A stretch of 64,000 bases of DNA from Acidobacteriota bacterium. GTDB lineage: Bacteria; Acidobacteriota; Aminicenantia; UBA2199. The stretch lies in the NCBI GenBank assembly GCA_025456205.1, contig JALOLA010000010.1, forward strand, positions 5,338-69,337, read 5' to 3'. The first letter of the stretch is position 1, and every line of letters starts with the position of its first letter. Of this stretch, positions 42,145 through 52,312 are shown in pieces. Both the position numbers and the translations under genes were made by a program. The notes below the pieces were generated by a model. It searched no databases. It was not told where the DNA came from and worked only from the letters and a program-made list of their open reading frames with translations.

Positions 42145-43104
42145 CTACTTGACGTTGGCCAGCGAGTCGATCAGGCTTTGCACCACCGGCGCCTGGGGCG
42201 ACTCGGGATCGTGCTTGAGGAACTCCTTCAGCTGCTCGACGGCCTTGGCCATTTCGCCCTTGTTCAGGTAGGCGTAGCCCATCTTGAGATAGGGCTCGCT
42301 CCACGCGGGCTTGATCTGGATGGCGAGCTGGTAGTACTCGATGGCCTTGTCGGTCTGGTTGCGGCCGAAGAAGATCTCGGCCACGTTGTAGGCCAGGATC
42401 TCGTCCTTGGGGTTGAGGGCGATCGACTGGGCGAAGTAGTCGCCCGCTTCCTTGAACTTTTCCTGCCGCAGGCAGATCTCGCCGAACGAGGCCAGGGCCT
42501 TGGCCTGCATGACGACGTCGGCTTTTTCCTTGGCCTTGGCCTGGGCGATGGCATACTGCTCGTTGGCCTTGTCGAAATCGCCCTTCTCGCGATAGGTGTC
42601 GCCGATATTGAAATAGATCTGGTAGACGTTGGGGTTGATCTCGGCGAACTTGCTGTAGATATCCAGCGCCTCGTCGAACTTGCGCTCGTTGAAGAGCTGG
42701 TTGCCTCTTTCCAGCTCCAGCATGGAGGCCTCGTCCTTGACGCGGGCCTTCCTTTCCCTGTCCTCGCGCAACAGGATCCTGACCGGCGGGTTCTTTTCCA
42801 GCTGCTGCACTTGCGCCTGGGCGCTGCCGTCCAGGTAGCCGTCGGCGATCACGATCAGCAGGACGCCCCCCGTGCCCAGGCTGATGAAGCTCCATTCGCC
42901 CTTGGCATTGGTGACGGTCTCGTCCTTCAGCCCGCCCTTCTCGAACTCCAGCTTGACGGTGGCGCCGGCGACGGGATCGCCTTTTTCATTGACGACCGAA
43001 CCGGTCAGGCGGCCCTTGCCGCGTCCGGCCTGGGCGAAGGCGATCGAAGTCATGGCGAATAAACAGGCCAGCACGATCCAGGTCTTTTTGTACGTTCCAT
43101 TCAT
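42145..43104 (-). CDS. secreted CarboxypepD_reg-like domain + TPR repeat protein
   Basis: Signal peptide. RLTGSVVNEKGDPVAGATVKLEF. Multiple TPRs (…AIEYYQLAIQIKPAWSEPYLKMGYAYLNKGE…). Confidence 0.8.
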   Translation of the reverse strand: MNGTYKKTWIVLACLFAMTSIAFAQAGRGKGRLTGSVVNEKGDPVAGATVKLEFEKGGLKDETVTNAKGEWSFISLGTGGVLLIVIADGYLDGSAQAQVQQLEKNPPVRILLREDRERKARVKDEASMLELERGNQLFNERKFDEALDIYSKFAEINPNVYQIYFNIGDTYREKGDFDKANEQYAIAQAKAKEKADVVMQAKALASFGEICLRQEKFKEAGDYFAQSIALNPKDEILAYNVAEIFFGRNQTDKAIEYYQLAIQIKPAWSEPYLKMGYAYLNKGEMAKAVEQLKEFLKHDPESPQAPVVQSLIDSLANVK

Positions 43105-43156
43105 CGGCGGATACCTCCATTATGAACAGCCTTGGCGGCTGATTGATTAGACGGGT

Positions 43157-45214
43157 TCATTGTCCGGATTTCTTCAGGGCGTCGACCTTTTCCCTGATCT
43201 GCGGCTGCTTGGCATTGAGCTGCAAAGATTTCTCCCAGGCCTTCAGCGCCTCGGCGGCGTCGCCCAGCTGCAGGAAGCACTCCCCGATCTGGTTGAACAC
43301 GTTGATGTTGGCCCCGAAATGGGTGATGGTGTCGGCATACTGCGAGATCGCTTCCGCGTATTCCCCAAGGCCCTGGTGGGCCTGCGCCAGGGGCAGGGCG
43401 AACTCGAAGCGCTTTTTGCCCTCGACCTGGGGCAGGGCGACCGCCTTGGCCTTGGCGTATTCCTTTTTCTGCAGCAGCAGCTGGCAGTAGTCGAGGCCGA
43501 AGCGGGTGTTGTCGGGGGCTTTGCGGTAGGCCTCATCCAGGAAGGGGAACGCCCGCTCCAGGTCGCGGTTCTGCGCGTGCTGCCGCCCCAGTTCGTTCAG
43601 GAAATAGGAAAAATCGTCGGCAGCGGTCGGAATGGACATCACCCAGGGGCGGGGCAGCACGGGCTGCGGCGTGATGAAAAAATCGCCGCTCTCGCTCATG
43701 AGCTCCTTCCTGCCGCCGTCCAGCAGCCTTGCCTTGAGGGTGTAATAGGCCGCGCCGTAGCCCTTCAGCGGCAGGGTTTCGATGACGTTGGGCAGGGAGC
43801 GCAGGCCGGCGAGGGCGAGCGTTTTCTCCAGGACCTTCTCCTCGCGGCGGAAAAGGGAGAGCTCGACGCTGCCGTTCTTCTCCAGGTCGGGCGTCAGGCC
43901 GTGGAGCTGGAAAAAGACCGTCAGCTCGTCGTCGGCGGTGAAGTCGTTGCGCGGCGACGGCAGCAGGTGGACATTGTCGACACGGAAGGGCTTGTAGGCG
44001 GCGATGCGCGTGACGTCGGCCTTGCGGTTGGCCAGCAGCAGCGCGGACATCCCCGGCTCTTCCCGGGCCGGGATGACGAAATCCTTCTCCATGGTGGTGA
44101 ATTCCTTGGTGGTCAGGTTCTTCATGAAGACGGTGATATGCCAGCTGCCGGGGATGACGGGCATCATGTCCTGGAAGCTGAAGAGCTTGTCCTTGATGGC
44201 GCTCATCTGGCCGGCCGATATCTCGATGGGGATGCGGCGCGACAGCTGGGCGATCATCCTGCCCGAGGCAGCGGAGATGTTGCCCGAGATCTCGATGGTG
44301 GTGTAGTATTTGCCCTGGTGCTCCTCCAGAGAGAGGCGGCGGGGCTCGATCAGGTAGTGGATGAAATAGTGGCCCGAGCGGTCGCGGGCGACGTGGAGCA
44401 GGGAGCTGCTCTCGATGTAGTTGTCGGCGTAATCGACCTCGACCTGGCCGCGGAACTTGAGGAAATTCCTGGCATAGACGCTGTTGACCTTGCGCTGCGG
44501 GGTCTGGGGGATCTTCTCGCGGATGAGCAGGTCGGAGGCCAGCGAAGGCGTGTTGCCCATCGGCTCGCTGGAAATGAGCGAGAGCGAGACCGCGGCCACG
44601 TGGGGCTCGATGTCGATCAGCTGGTTGTAAGCGGCAGTGTAGGAGTTGGGGTCGCCGGCGTAGTCGCGCAGCAGGGCCTGGGGGCCGAACTTGATGGGCG
44701 AGTAGAGCTCGTATTCACCGAGGCCGCTCTGCTTGAAGAAGACCACGCTGAAGGAATCGGGCAGGCCCAGCTTGGCCATGCCCTGGTAGAACCAGATAAT
44801 GGTCGGGTAGATCTCGTTGACGTTCTCGAAGCGCTCGATCTGGTGCGGCTCACCCAGGATGATGAAGGTGCGGCCCATCTCGGTGCGCCAGCCGGGACCG
44901 GGCGAATCCTTGCCGAACCAGTTGTTGGCATAGGCGATGCGCCGGTAATGCTCTTTCTTGAACTCGTTCTCCGGCAGGTTGGGGTTGGGGTTGCGCTGTT
45001 TCCAGAAGGCGCTGATGAAGGTGTCGCGCTCGCGGTCGGAGCCCAGCTGCAGGAACACCTCCTTCTCTGCGGGCGTGATGATGTACACCACTTCTTCCGT
45101 GAGCCACACGCGGTGCTGCGGGGGAAGCTTTTTCAGAAGCTCCTTTTCGCTCTCGGCGAGCAGGGAGAAACAGAAAGCCAGGGCAACGAAAGCCAGCAAT
45201 ATTTTTTTCATCAT
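43157..45214 (-). CDS. GWxTD domain protein with beta-rich middle region and C-terminal TPRs
   Basis: FWKQRNPNPN...HYRRIAYANNWF...GWRTEMGRTFIILGEP. Start set at MMKKILLAF because the promoter lies inside the longer ORF. Confidence 0.82.
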   Translation of the reverse strand: MMKKILLAFVALAFCFSLLAESEKELLKKLPPQHRVWLTEEVVYIITPAEKEVFLQLGSDRERDTFISAFWKQRNPNPNLPENEFKKEHYRRIAYANNWFGKDSPGPGWRTEMGRTFIILGEPHQIERFENVNEIYPTIIWFYQGMAKLGLPDSFSVVFFKQSGLGEYELYSPIKFGPQALLRDYAGDPNSYTAAYNQLIDIEPHVAAVSLSLISSEPMGNTPSLASDLLIREKIPQTPQRKVNSVYARNFLKFRGQVEVDYADNYIESSSLLHVARDRSGHYFIHYLIEPRRLSLEEHQGKYYTTIEISGNISAASGRMIAQLSRRIPIEISAGQMSAIKDKLFSFQDMMPVIPGSWHITVFMKNLTTKEFTTMEKDFVIPAREEPGMSALLLANRKADVTRIAAYKPFRVDNVHLLPSPRNDFTADDELTVFFQLHGLTPDLEKNGSVELSLFRREEKVLEKTLALAGLRSLPNVIETLPLKGYGAAYYTLKARLLDGGRKELMSESGDFFITPQPVLPRPWVMSIPTAADDFSYFLNELGRQHAQNRDLERAFPFLDEAYRKAPDNTRFGLDYCQLLLQKKEYAKAKAVALPQVEGKKRFEFALPLAQAHQGLGEYAEAISQYADTITHFGANINVFNQIGECFLQLGDAAEALKAWEKSLQLNAKQPQIREKVDALKKSGQ

Positions 45215-45245
45215 CAGCCTCGCTGGGACAGACTTCATCGCCGAC

Positions 45246-45274
45246 ATTATAACACTCCCCATTCCGCTTGACAA
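45246..45274 (-). promoter_or_regulatory. sigma70 promoter of the GWxTD-TPR operon
   Basis: On the minus strand: TTGTCA, 17-nt spacer, TATAAT. Confidence 0.5.
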
Positions 45275-45331
45275 GGAAAGTGCGCCACCCCGGCGGCAGG
45301 ATCAAGCGCAGGCTGACCGGAAGCGCATTAG

Positions 45332-45346
45332 AATAATGATATTATT
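45332..45346. promoter_or_regulatory. AT-rich palindrome AATAATgatATTATT
   Basis: Perfect 6-3-6 palindrome in the divergent spacer. Fur-box-like core. Confidence 0.35.
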
Positions 45347-45624
45347 TAGATAGAAGCGCGGGCCGCTGCCACAGCCGAACATTTCTGCCTCTCCAGGTCT
45401 TCATGACCCATTGTTTTCGCCGCCGGCGTTCAAAAAATTGTTCTTTTGATCAATTATTGAAGTGAACGCCGGAATTTTCGCGGTTCCCGGCGCAAAAACA
45501 TGGCTCAGGAGGCTCCAGGCCGGCAGCGCCCAGGACGGGGCAAAGGCTTGAAACCATTTCTCCATAATGGTTTCCAGCAAGAGAACAGGCGCCGGACCCT
45601 TTTATGCCGGTTTGTTACCGCTAT

Positions 45625-45640
45625 TGGCATGAACCTTGCT
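45625..45640 (+). promoter_or_regulatory. sigma54 (-24/-12) promoter of TonB-dependent receptor paralog 2
   Basis: TGGCATGaaccTTGCT. ATG 45683 lies 43 nt downstream, the same geometry as at 38318. Confidence 0.58.
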
Positions 45641-45682
45641 GTCAGAATACTGTTTTGTCAAACAATAAGGAGGACAAACAAA

Positions 45683-48600
45683 ATGAGTACTTGCAAACGG
45701 TACACCCTGCTGGCGATCAGCCTGCTCCTGTGCGCAGGACTGCTGACCGCCCAGCAGACCACTGCCAAGATCTTTGGCACGGTACAGCTTGAAGACGGCT
45801 CGCTGGTCCCCGGCGTCAGCGTCGAAGCCACCAGCCCGAAGCTGGTCGGCAAGGCGACGGCCGTGACCGACGAGAACGGCACGTTCAAGCTCTTCAACCT
45901 GACCCCAGGCACCTACAAGCTGGTGTTCATCCTGGAAGGATTTCAGACCGTGGTCAGGGAAAACATCCCCCTGGTCGCCGAGCAGACGGCCACCATCAAG
46001 GTCGAGATGAAGCTCGGCAACCTGAACGAGGTGGTCACCATCTCCGGCCAGGTGCCGCTGATCGACGTCAAGAGCACGGCCAAGGGCATGACCCCTGACC
46101 AAGGAGATCTTCCAGACCCTGCCCAAGGGGCGCGACTTCAGCACCCTGGTCACGGCCGTCCCCGGCGTCTACAATGAGCCGATGACCGGCGGCCTGTCGG
46201 TCGACGGCGCCAGCGGCGCCGAGAACGTCTTCTTCGTCGACGGCATGGAGACCGGCGAGATCCGCGGCGCCCAGCAGCGCATGCAGGCCGCCTTCGACTT
46301 CATCGACGAGGTGCAGGTCAAGGCCTCGGGCTACCAGGCCGAGTTCGGCGGCTCCATGGGCGGCGTGGTCAACGTGGTCACCCGCTCGGGCGGCAACGAG
46401 TTCCACGGCGAAGTCGTAGGCTACTACCAGGGCAGCGCGCTCCGCGGCAAAACGCGCGACATCCTGCGCCTGTTCCCCGAGGACCCGTCCCAGTATTCCA
46501 AGTACAACTACGAGGACCTGAACAAGCAGGATTTCTCGCGCCTCGAGGGCGGCTTCTCCCTGGGCGGCTATATCATCAAGAACAAGCTGTGGTTCTTCGG
46601 CTCGCTCCTGCCCGTCTATCGCCAGACCGACCGCCAGGTGAATTTCGACGAGCAGGCCGGTGCGCCGCTGGTCAAGTACACCCGCAAGGACAACTGGCTG
46701 AACGGCACCTTCAAGCTTTCGGCCGAACCTGTCAAAAACATGCGCCTGTCGGCATCCTTCGTCAGCAACAGCAACCGCTGGCGCGGCGGCCTGCCCGGCG
46801 ACGACCCCAGCACCGAATTCCCCGACTGGCAGCCCATGGGCTCCTCCGATTTCACCTATGACAAGATGGGGCAGAATGCCCCCACCTGGTCGGCATCCGG
46901 CACCCTCGATTACACCATCGGCAACAACCTTCAGGTATCGGCGCGCTTCGGCCACTACAACCAGAACAACAGCTCCAAGCTGGACCCTCCCGGGATTTAT
47001 TACTATCACCGCACCTACAACGCCGGCGGCGAAGCCGCCTACGGCTGGCCGGCAGACAAGATCCGCCCCAACTTCTGGGAGAACTACACCTGGGGCCTAT
47101 TCTACAAGCTGAGCAAGGCCAACTACACGCGCACCAGCGCCAACCTCGACTTCAACTACTTCCTGAACTTCGCCGGCGAGCACTCGTGGAAGGCCGGCTT
47201 CCAGTACGTGCAGATCATGGACGACTACGACGGCACCTGCCCCAACCCGCTGATCATCCTGCGCGTCGGCCGCCCCTTCCCCTACGAGATCGAGGGCAGC
47301 CCGGTGCCGGCCGGCACTCTGGGCAAGTACGGCTACTACGAGAACCGCTCGCCCTACGGCACGCTGGTCAACAAGGCCCGCTCCAACCGCTATGCCTTCT
47401 ACCTGCAGGACTCGTGGACCATCGGCAACCGCCTGACCCTGAACCTCGGCCTGCGCGCCGAGAACGAGCAGGTCCCCGCCTTCAGCGACCTGCCTGAATA
47501 CAAGGACGTCACCGTCCTCGATTTCGGCTGGGGCAAGAAGCTGGCGCCGCGCCTGGGCTTCATCTATGACGTCTTCGGCGACTCCAGCCTGAAAGTGTTC
47601 GGCTCATTCGGCATTTTCCAGGACTGCATGAAGCTCGCGCTGCCCGAGGGCTCCTACGGCGGTGACCGCTGGGTCAGCCATTACTACGAGCTCGATTCAC
47701 CGAACTGGGACCAGATCGGCGTCAACGGCAACTTCCCCGGCCAGTACTGGGGCAACCTGAACTGGCGCATCCCCTCGATCAACGAGACCGACCCCGACAT
47801 CAAGCCCATGTCCCAGCGCGAAATCTCCTTCGGTCTCGAAAAGAAGATCAATGAGAATCTTTCCATCTCCGCCCGCCTGGTCAACAAGAAGCTGCTGCAG
47901 GCCATCGACGACATCGGCATTTCCATGCCCGCCGGCGAGACCTACTTCATCGCCAACCCCGGCAGCGCCTACGTCGAGGCCCAGTACCAGACCGCCAAGG
48001 ACAACGGCATCCTGCCCGAAAACCTGCCCGCTTCGCAGAAGGCCAATCGTGACTACTATGCGGTCAACCTGGCGATCGACAAGCGCTTCAGCAACAACTG
48101 GCTGGGCGGCATCTCCTACACCTGGAGCCGCCTCACCGGCAATTACGCCGGCCTGAACAGCTCCGACGAGGCCGAGCGCAACGATCCCAACGTCAACCGC
48201 TATTTCGACCTGTGGATGACCGCCTACGACCAGAGCATGAAGCCGATCAACGGCCCGCTGGCCACCGACCGCCCCCACTACTTCAAGGGCTACGTCTCCT
48301 ACGTCTTCCCCTTCGGCCTGACCCTGGGCACGGTGCTCAACGCTTATTCGGGCGTCCCCTTCTCCACCGAGATCACCGTCAACGGCCAGCAGGGCTACTA
48401 CCCCCTCAACCGCTTTGACACCGGCGAGCGCTCCCCCTTCACCGTCAGCGCCGACGTATACGCCGAGTACAACCTGAAACTGGGCAAGAACCACCTCTCC
48501 CTCTCGCTCAACATCCGCAACGTCACCGACGCCAAGACGGCACAGCGCATCTTCGGTTTCTATAACCAGGACGACATCCACATCAGCGACGAGGACCTCA

Positions 48601-48716
48601 TCACCGGCCAGACCGACGTCAAGTCCCTGGTCGAGATCCTCGACCCGCGCTTCGGACAGGGCTACCGCTTCCTGCCCCCGCTGGAGGCGACCCTGGGCCT
48701 CAAGTTCGCTTTCTGA
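45683..48716 (+). pseudogene. TonB-dependent receptor-like paralog with a +1 frameshift (extra C in run 46092-46095)
   Basis: The N-part is highly similar to paralog 1 by eye up to ...DVKSTAKGMT. Paralog 1 reads atgaccctgacc; here it reads atgacccctgacc. The frame resumes as TKEIFQTLPKGRDFSTLVTAVPGV... through to C-terminal LGLKFAF. Confidence 0.8.
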
Positions 48717-48762
48717 TCCGTGCAGACAGCGCGTGAGCTGATCACGCGCTCCATTCGTTTCC

Positions 48763-48797
48763 AGCCCGCCCCGGTTCACCGGGGCGGGCTTTTTTTC
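48763..48797 (+). terminator. Rho-independent terminator
   Basis: Stem agcccgccccgg, loop ttca, stem ccggggcgggct, followed by T7. Preceded by a second hairpin agcgcgtga/tcacgcgct. Confidence 0.85.
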
Positions 48798-48832
48798 TGG
48801 ACAATCCGTTTCCCGTTGAGGTATCATAGAAC

Positions 48833-50221
48833 ATGCGCCCTGCGATCATCGTTACTCTGGCGGTCCTGCTGATCACGCCGGTTGCCTGCCGCCGGCAGCC
48901 GGCCGCCCCCCCCGCCGCCCCGGACATCGTGCTGATCACTTTGGACACGCTGCGCGCCGATCGCCTCGGTTGTTACGGCCATGCCGCCGCGCGCACGCCG
49001 GTCCTGGATGCCTTTGCCGCCTCGGCCTGCCTTTTTGAACAGGCCACCACCGTGAGCAACAACACGCTTCCCGCCCATGCCGCCATTCTCAGCGGCATCC
49101 ATCCCCGGCGGCTGGGAGTGCCGCGCAACGGATTCGAAGTGCCGGCCGCGCAGCGCGGCCTGGCCGTCCTGCTTTCCGGGCAGGGATACGACACGGCGGC
49201 CTTCGTTTCCTGTTCGGTTCTCGACGCCACCTGCGGCCTGCGCAAGGGATTCGCCGTCTATGACGACGAATTCGACATCGAGGAAATCGACCAGGCCCAA
49301 CGGCGCGCTCCGCAAACCGTGCAGCGAGCGCTGGGCTGGCTGGCCCGTCCGGGCGAGAAGCCCCGCTTCCTGTGGCTGCACTGCTTCGATCCCCACTACC
49401 CCTACACACCCCCACCGCCCTATGACCGCCTGTTCTACCCGGAGTACTCCGGGCCCGCGGATGGTTCCATCCGCTTCATTGCCGGCATCCAGGGCCGCCA
49501 CGGTTTCCCGAAGACCCGAACCGGGCCCGATGACTACCGCCGCCTCGCTGCCTTGTACGACGGCGAGATCGCCTTTTTGGACGCCAGCCTCGCCCCGCTC
49601 TTCGCCTACCTCGATCGTCCCGGAGTCAGGGAGCGGACCGTCGTTGTCGTGGTCGCCGATCATGGCGAGAGCCTGACCGAGCACAACTATTATTTCGACC
49701 ACGGCCTGGACGTGTTCCAGCCCAGCATGCACGTGCCGCTGATGATCCGCCCGGCCGACCGTGTTCCGGGACGGCGCATGGCCGAGGCGGTGCAGACCAT
49801 CGACATCTTTCCCACCGTGCTGCGCCTGGCCGGACTGGACGTCCCCAAGACGATCGAAGGCCGAGACCTGTCGCCGCTGCGGCGCGGAAAGGACAAGCTA
49901 CCGGCCGCGACGGCGTTCGGCGAGGCCTGCCAACCATTCGAGGTGGAAGCCCTGGACGGCCGGACCTGGCGCAACGACGCCAAAGCGCAATTCGCCCTGG
50001 CCTGGCCCTGGAAACTGGTTGAAGTGCCCTACCTCGGCCGGACGGAATTGTACCGCCTGGACCGCGACCGCGGCGAGATCAATAATATCGCTGCCGCTCA
50101 CCCACAAATGCGGACCTGGCTGGGCGAGCAGTTGCGGAATTGGCGCCGCGGCGCCGCGGTTTCCGCCCAACGACCGAACCCGGCCAACATGGACAAGATC
50201 CGCGCACTTGGCTATCTGTAG
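48833..50221 (+). CDS. sulfatase-like hydrolase/transferase (alkaline phosphatase superfamily), Thr at the nucleophile position
   Basis: IVLITLDTLRADRLGCYG. The site reads NNTLPAHAAILSG where Cys-type sulfatases have CxPSRxxxxTG. Also VVADHGE. Confidence 0.82.
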   Translation: MRPAIIVTLAVLLITPVACRRQPAAPPAAPDIVLITLDTLRADRLGCYGHAAARTPVLDAFAASACLFEQATTVSNNTLPAHAAILSGIHPRRLGVPRNGFEVPAAQRGLAVLLSGQGYDTAAFVSCSVLDATCGLRKGFAVYDDEFDIEEIDQAQRRAPQTVQRALGWLARPGEKPRFLWLHCFDPHYPYTPPPPYDRLFYPEYSGPADGSIRFIAGIQGRHGFPKTRTGPDDYRRLAALYDGEIAFLDASLAPLFAYLDRPGVRERTVVVVVADHGESLTEHNYYFDHGLDVFQPSMHVPLMIRPADRVPGRRMAEAVQTIDIFPTVLRLAGLDVPKTIEGRDLSPLRRGKDKLPAATAFGEACQPFEVEALDGRTWRNDAKAQFALAWPWKLVEVPYLGRTELYRLDRDRGEINNIAAAHPQMRTWLGEQLRNWRRGAAVSAQRPNPANMDKIRALGYL

Positions 50222-50224
50222 ACC

Positions 50225-52312
50225 ATGAACAGACCGAAGCCGAAAACCTCTCAACCAGCGGCGAAAAGCCGGGGCCGCCTGCGCCAGGTATTGATCCTGC
50301 TGGCCATCGCTTTGGCCGTCCGCGTCCTCTACCTGTACCAGATAGCTCCGAACCCCTATTTCCACAATCCGATCATCGATGCCCAGACCTACGACGAAAT
50401 GGCCGTGGCCATCGCCGCTGGCCAGGAGCCCATCCCGGCGCCATTTTTCCAGCCGCCGCTGTATCCCTACTTCCTCGGGCTGCTCTATGCCCTGTTCGGC
50501 CGCGACCTCCTGCTGGTGCGCCTTGTGCAGATGGCCCTGGGCACGGCCAATGTCTGGTTGTTATACCTGCTGGGCGGCAGGCTGTTCGACCGCCGTGTGG
50601 GCTTCGCCGCGGCGCTGGCCTTCGCCATGTACGGCACAATGCTTTTCTACGAGGGGGAGCTGCTGGCCCCGGTGCTGATCGTCTTCCTCAACCTGCTGCT
50701 GGCACTGGCCGCCATCGCCACAGTGGACAGCCCATCCCTGCCGCGAGCGCTGCTCGCCGGGGTTCTGCTCGGCCTTTCCTCCCTGGCCATGTCGGTGATC
50801 CTGCCCATGGCGCTGGTCATCCCGGCCTATGCCGGGTGGCGATGGCGCCGCGCCCCCGCCCGTCCGAAGGCGGGACGCGCCCTGGCGCTCCTGGCCGCCT
50901 TCGCCGCGGGCATGCTGCTGGTCATCGCGCCTGTCACCTGGCGCAATTGGCGCATCAGCCACGAATTCGTCCCCATCAGCACCAATGGCGGAATCAACTT
51001 CTACCTCAGCACCGGCAGGGATTTCGAGCGCAAGACCGCCATCCGCCCGGGCTACGAGTGGGAGGAATTGCTGACCGAGCCGATCCGCCTCGGCATCCAT
51101 ACAGCAAGCGGCCATTCCGCCTACTTCATGAACAAGGCCCTGGGCCTGATCGCCGCTGACCCTGCAGGCTATGCGGGGCTGCTGCTGAAGAAACTCAGCT
51201 TGTTCGCCAACGGCAACGAGATCATGCGCGACCAGGACATCTACCCCTTCCGGCAATACTCGCCCCTGCTATCGCTGCTGGTATGGAAAAAATGGCTGGC
51301 TTTTCCCTACGGGCTGCTCCTGCCGCTGGCGCTGCTGGGCATGATGCTGGCGTTGCGCTGTCGCGCCCCCGGGGCGGCGCTGCCGCTGGCATTCATCCTG
51401 TCTCATGTCGTTGTGCTGCTGGCCTTTTTTATAACGGCCCGCTATCGCCTGAATATCCTCCCCTTCCTTGTACTGTTCGCCGCCTACGGGGCGCTGCGCA
51501 TGTGGGACCTGCTGCGCCAGCGGCGCTGGACGCAGTCACTCCCGTTGCTGGCGGTGCTGGCGGCCCTGCTGCTTTTCTGCAATTGGCGCAGCGGACCAAT
51601 GAGCCGTGATTTCAGCGTCGACTCCTACTATAACCTGGCTACGAAATTGTTGAAAGCAGGAGAAACGGCGCAGGCCAAGAACTGGCTGCTGAAGGCGATC
51701 GAGCTCGACCCGCTCAATCCTGAGGTCAACGGCAATCTCGGAATGATCTACGAGCAGGAGCGACAGCCTCACGAGGCAAAGAAGTGCTACCTGCGCATCC
51801 TGGAAAGCCATCCCCATGACGTCCAGGCGCACCTGCACCTGGCCGACCTCTGCCTGCGCCTGGGTGAATTCGAAAAGGCCGGCCAGCATTATGAGCAGGT
51901 GCTGCAGGTGGAGCCGGAGAACGAATCGGCCCTGCACGGCACGCAGTTCGCACGCGGCCTTGCCCGTCAGCGCGATGCCGCGGCGCGTTTCCCCATGGTG
52001 CGCAGCATCCTGGAGCAGCTGGGCGCCAAGCCCGACGATCCGGGATTGCTGAACGATCTCGGGGCCGCATATGTCTCCTGCGGCTATCCGGACATGGCCA
52101 TCGAGCCGCTGCGACTGGTCATCGCCGCCGGGCAGCATCTGTCGAGCGCCCACAATAACCTGGGCATCGCGCGCATGCAGCTGGGCGACCGTGATGGCGC
52201 CAAGCGCGAGTTCCTTGCCGCCCTGGCCAGCGACGCAGGCAACGTCAACGCCAAAAGAAACCTGGCGATACTGCTGCAGAGCGGGGAGGAGAAACGTGCG
52301 CCGCGGCCCTGA
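50225..52312 (+). CDS. GT39/ArnT-like (PMT_2) membrane glycosyltransferase fused to C-terminal TPR repeats
   Basis: Polytopic N-half with a first-loop DAQTYDEMA motif. C-terminal TPRs (…AIELDPLNPEVNGNLGMIYEQ…). Confidence 0.7.
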   Translation: MNRPKPKTSQPAAKSRGRLRQVLILLAIALAVRVLYLYQIAPNPYFHNPIIDAQTYDEMAVAIAAGQEPIPAPFFQPPLYPYFLGLLYALFGRDLLLVRLVQMALGTANVWLLYLLGGRLFDRRVGFAAALAFAMYGTMLFYEGELLAPVLIVFLNLLLALAAIATVDSPSLPRALLAGVLLGLSSLAMSVILPMALVIPAYAGWRWRRAPARPKAGRALALLAAFAAGMLLVIAPVTWRNWRISHEFVPISTNGGINFYLSTGRDFERKTAIRPGYEWEELLTEPIRLGIHTASGHSAYFMNKALGLIAADPAGYAGLLLKKLSLFANGNEIMRDQDIYPFRQYSPLLSLLVWKKWLAFPYGLLLPLALLGMMLALRCRAPGAALPLAFILSHVVVLLAFFITARYRLNILPFLVLFAAYGALRMWDLLRQRRWTQSLPLLAVLAALLLFCNWRSGPMSRDFSVDSYYNLATKLLKAGETAQAKNWLLKAIELDPLNPEVNGNLGMIYEQERQPHEAKKCYLRILESHPHDVQAHLHLADLCLRLGEFEKAGQHYEQVLQVEPENESALHGTQFARGLARQRDAAARFPMVRSILEQLGAKPDDPGLLNDLGAAYVSCGYPDMAIEPLRLVIAAGQHLSSAHNNLGIARMQLGDRDGAKREFLAALASDAGNVNAKRNLAILLQSGEEKRAPRP

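Noticed and set aside
45332-45346. Calling AATAATgatATTATT a definite Fur box controlling the receptor genes.
   Set aside because: Only the core resembles the Fur consensus. It is ~350 nt from the receptor start, and the paralogous locus has a different AT-rich palindrome. It is kept as a low-confidence regulatory candidate only.
45500-45682. N-terminal extension of TBDR paralog 2 (MAQEAPGRQRPGRGKG...).
   Set aside because: It lies upstream of and overlaps the sigma54 promoter. The paralog 1 alignment, RBS aaggagg and signal peptide all support ATG 45683.
48800-48832. Leaderless-type promoter (ctggac...tatcat) for the first sulfatase-like gene.
   Set aside because: The -35 is poor and the spacer is 19 nt. 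Too weak to report as a feature.
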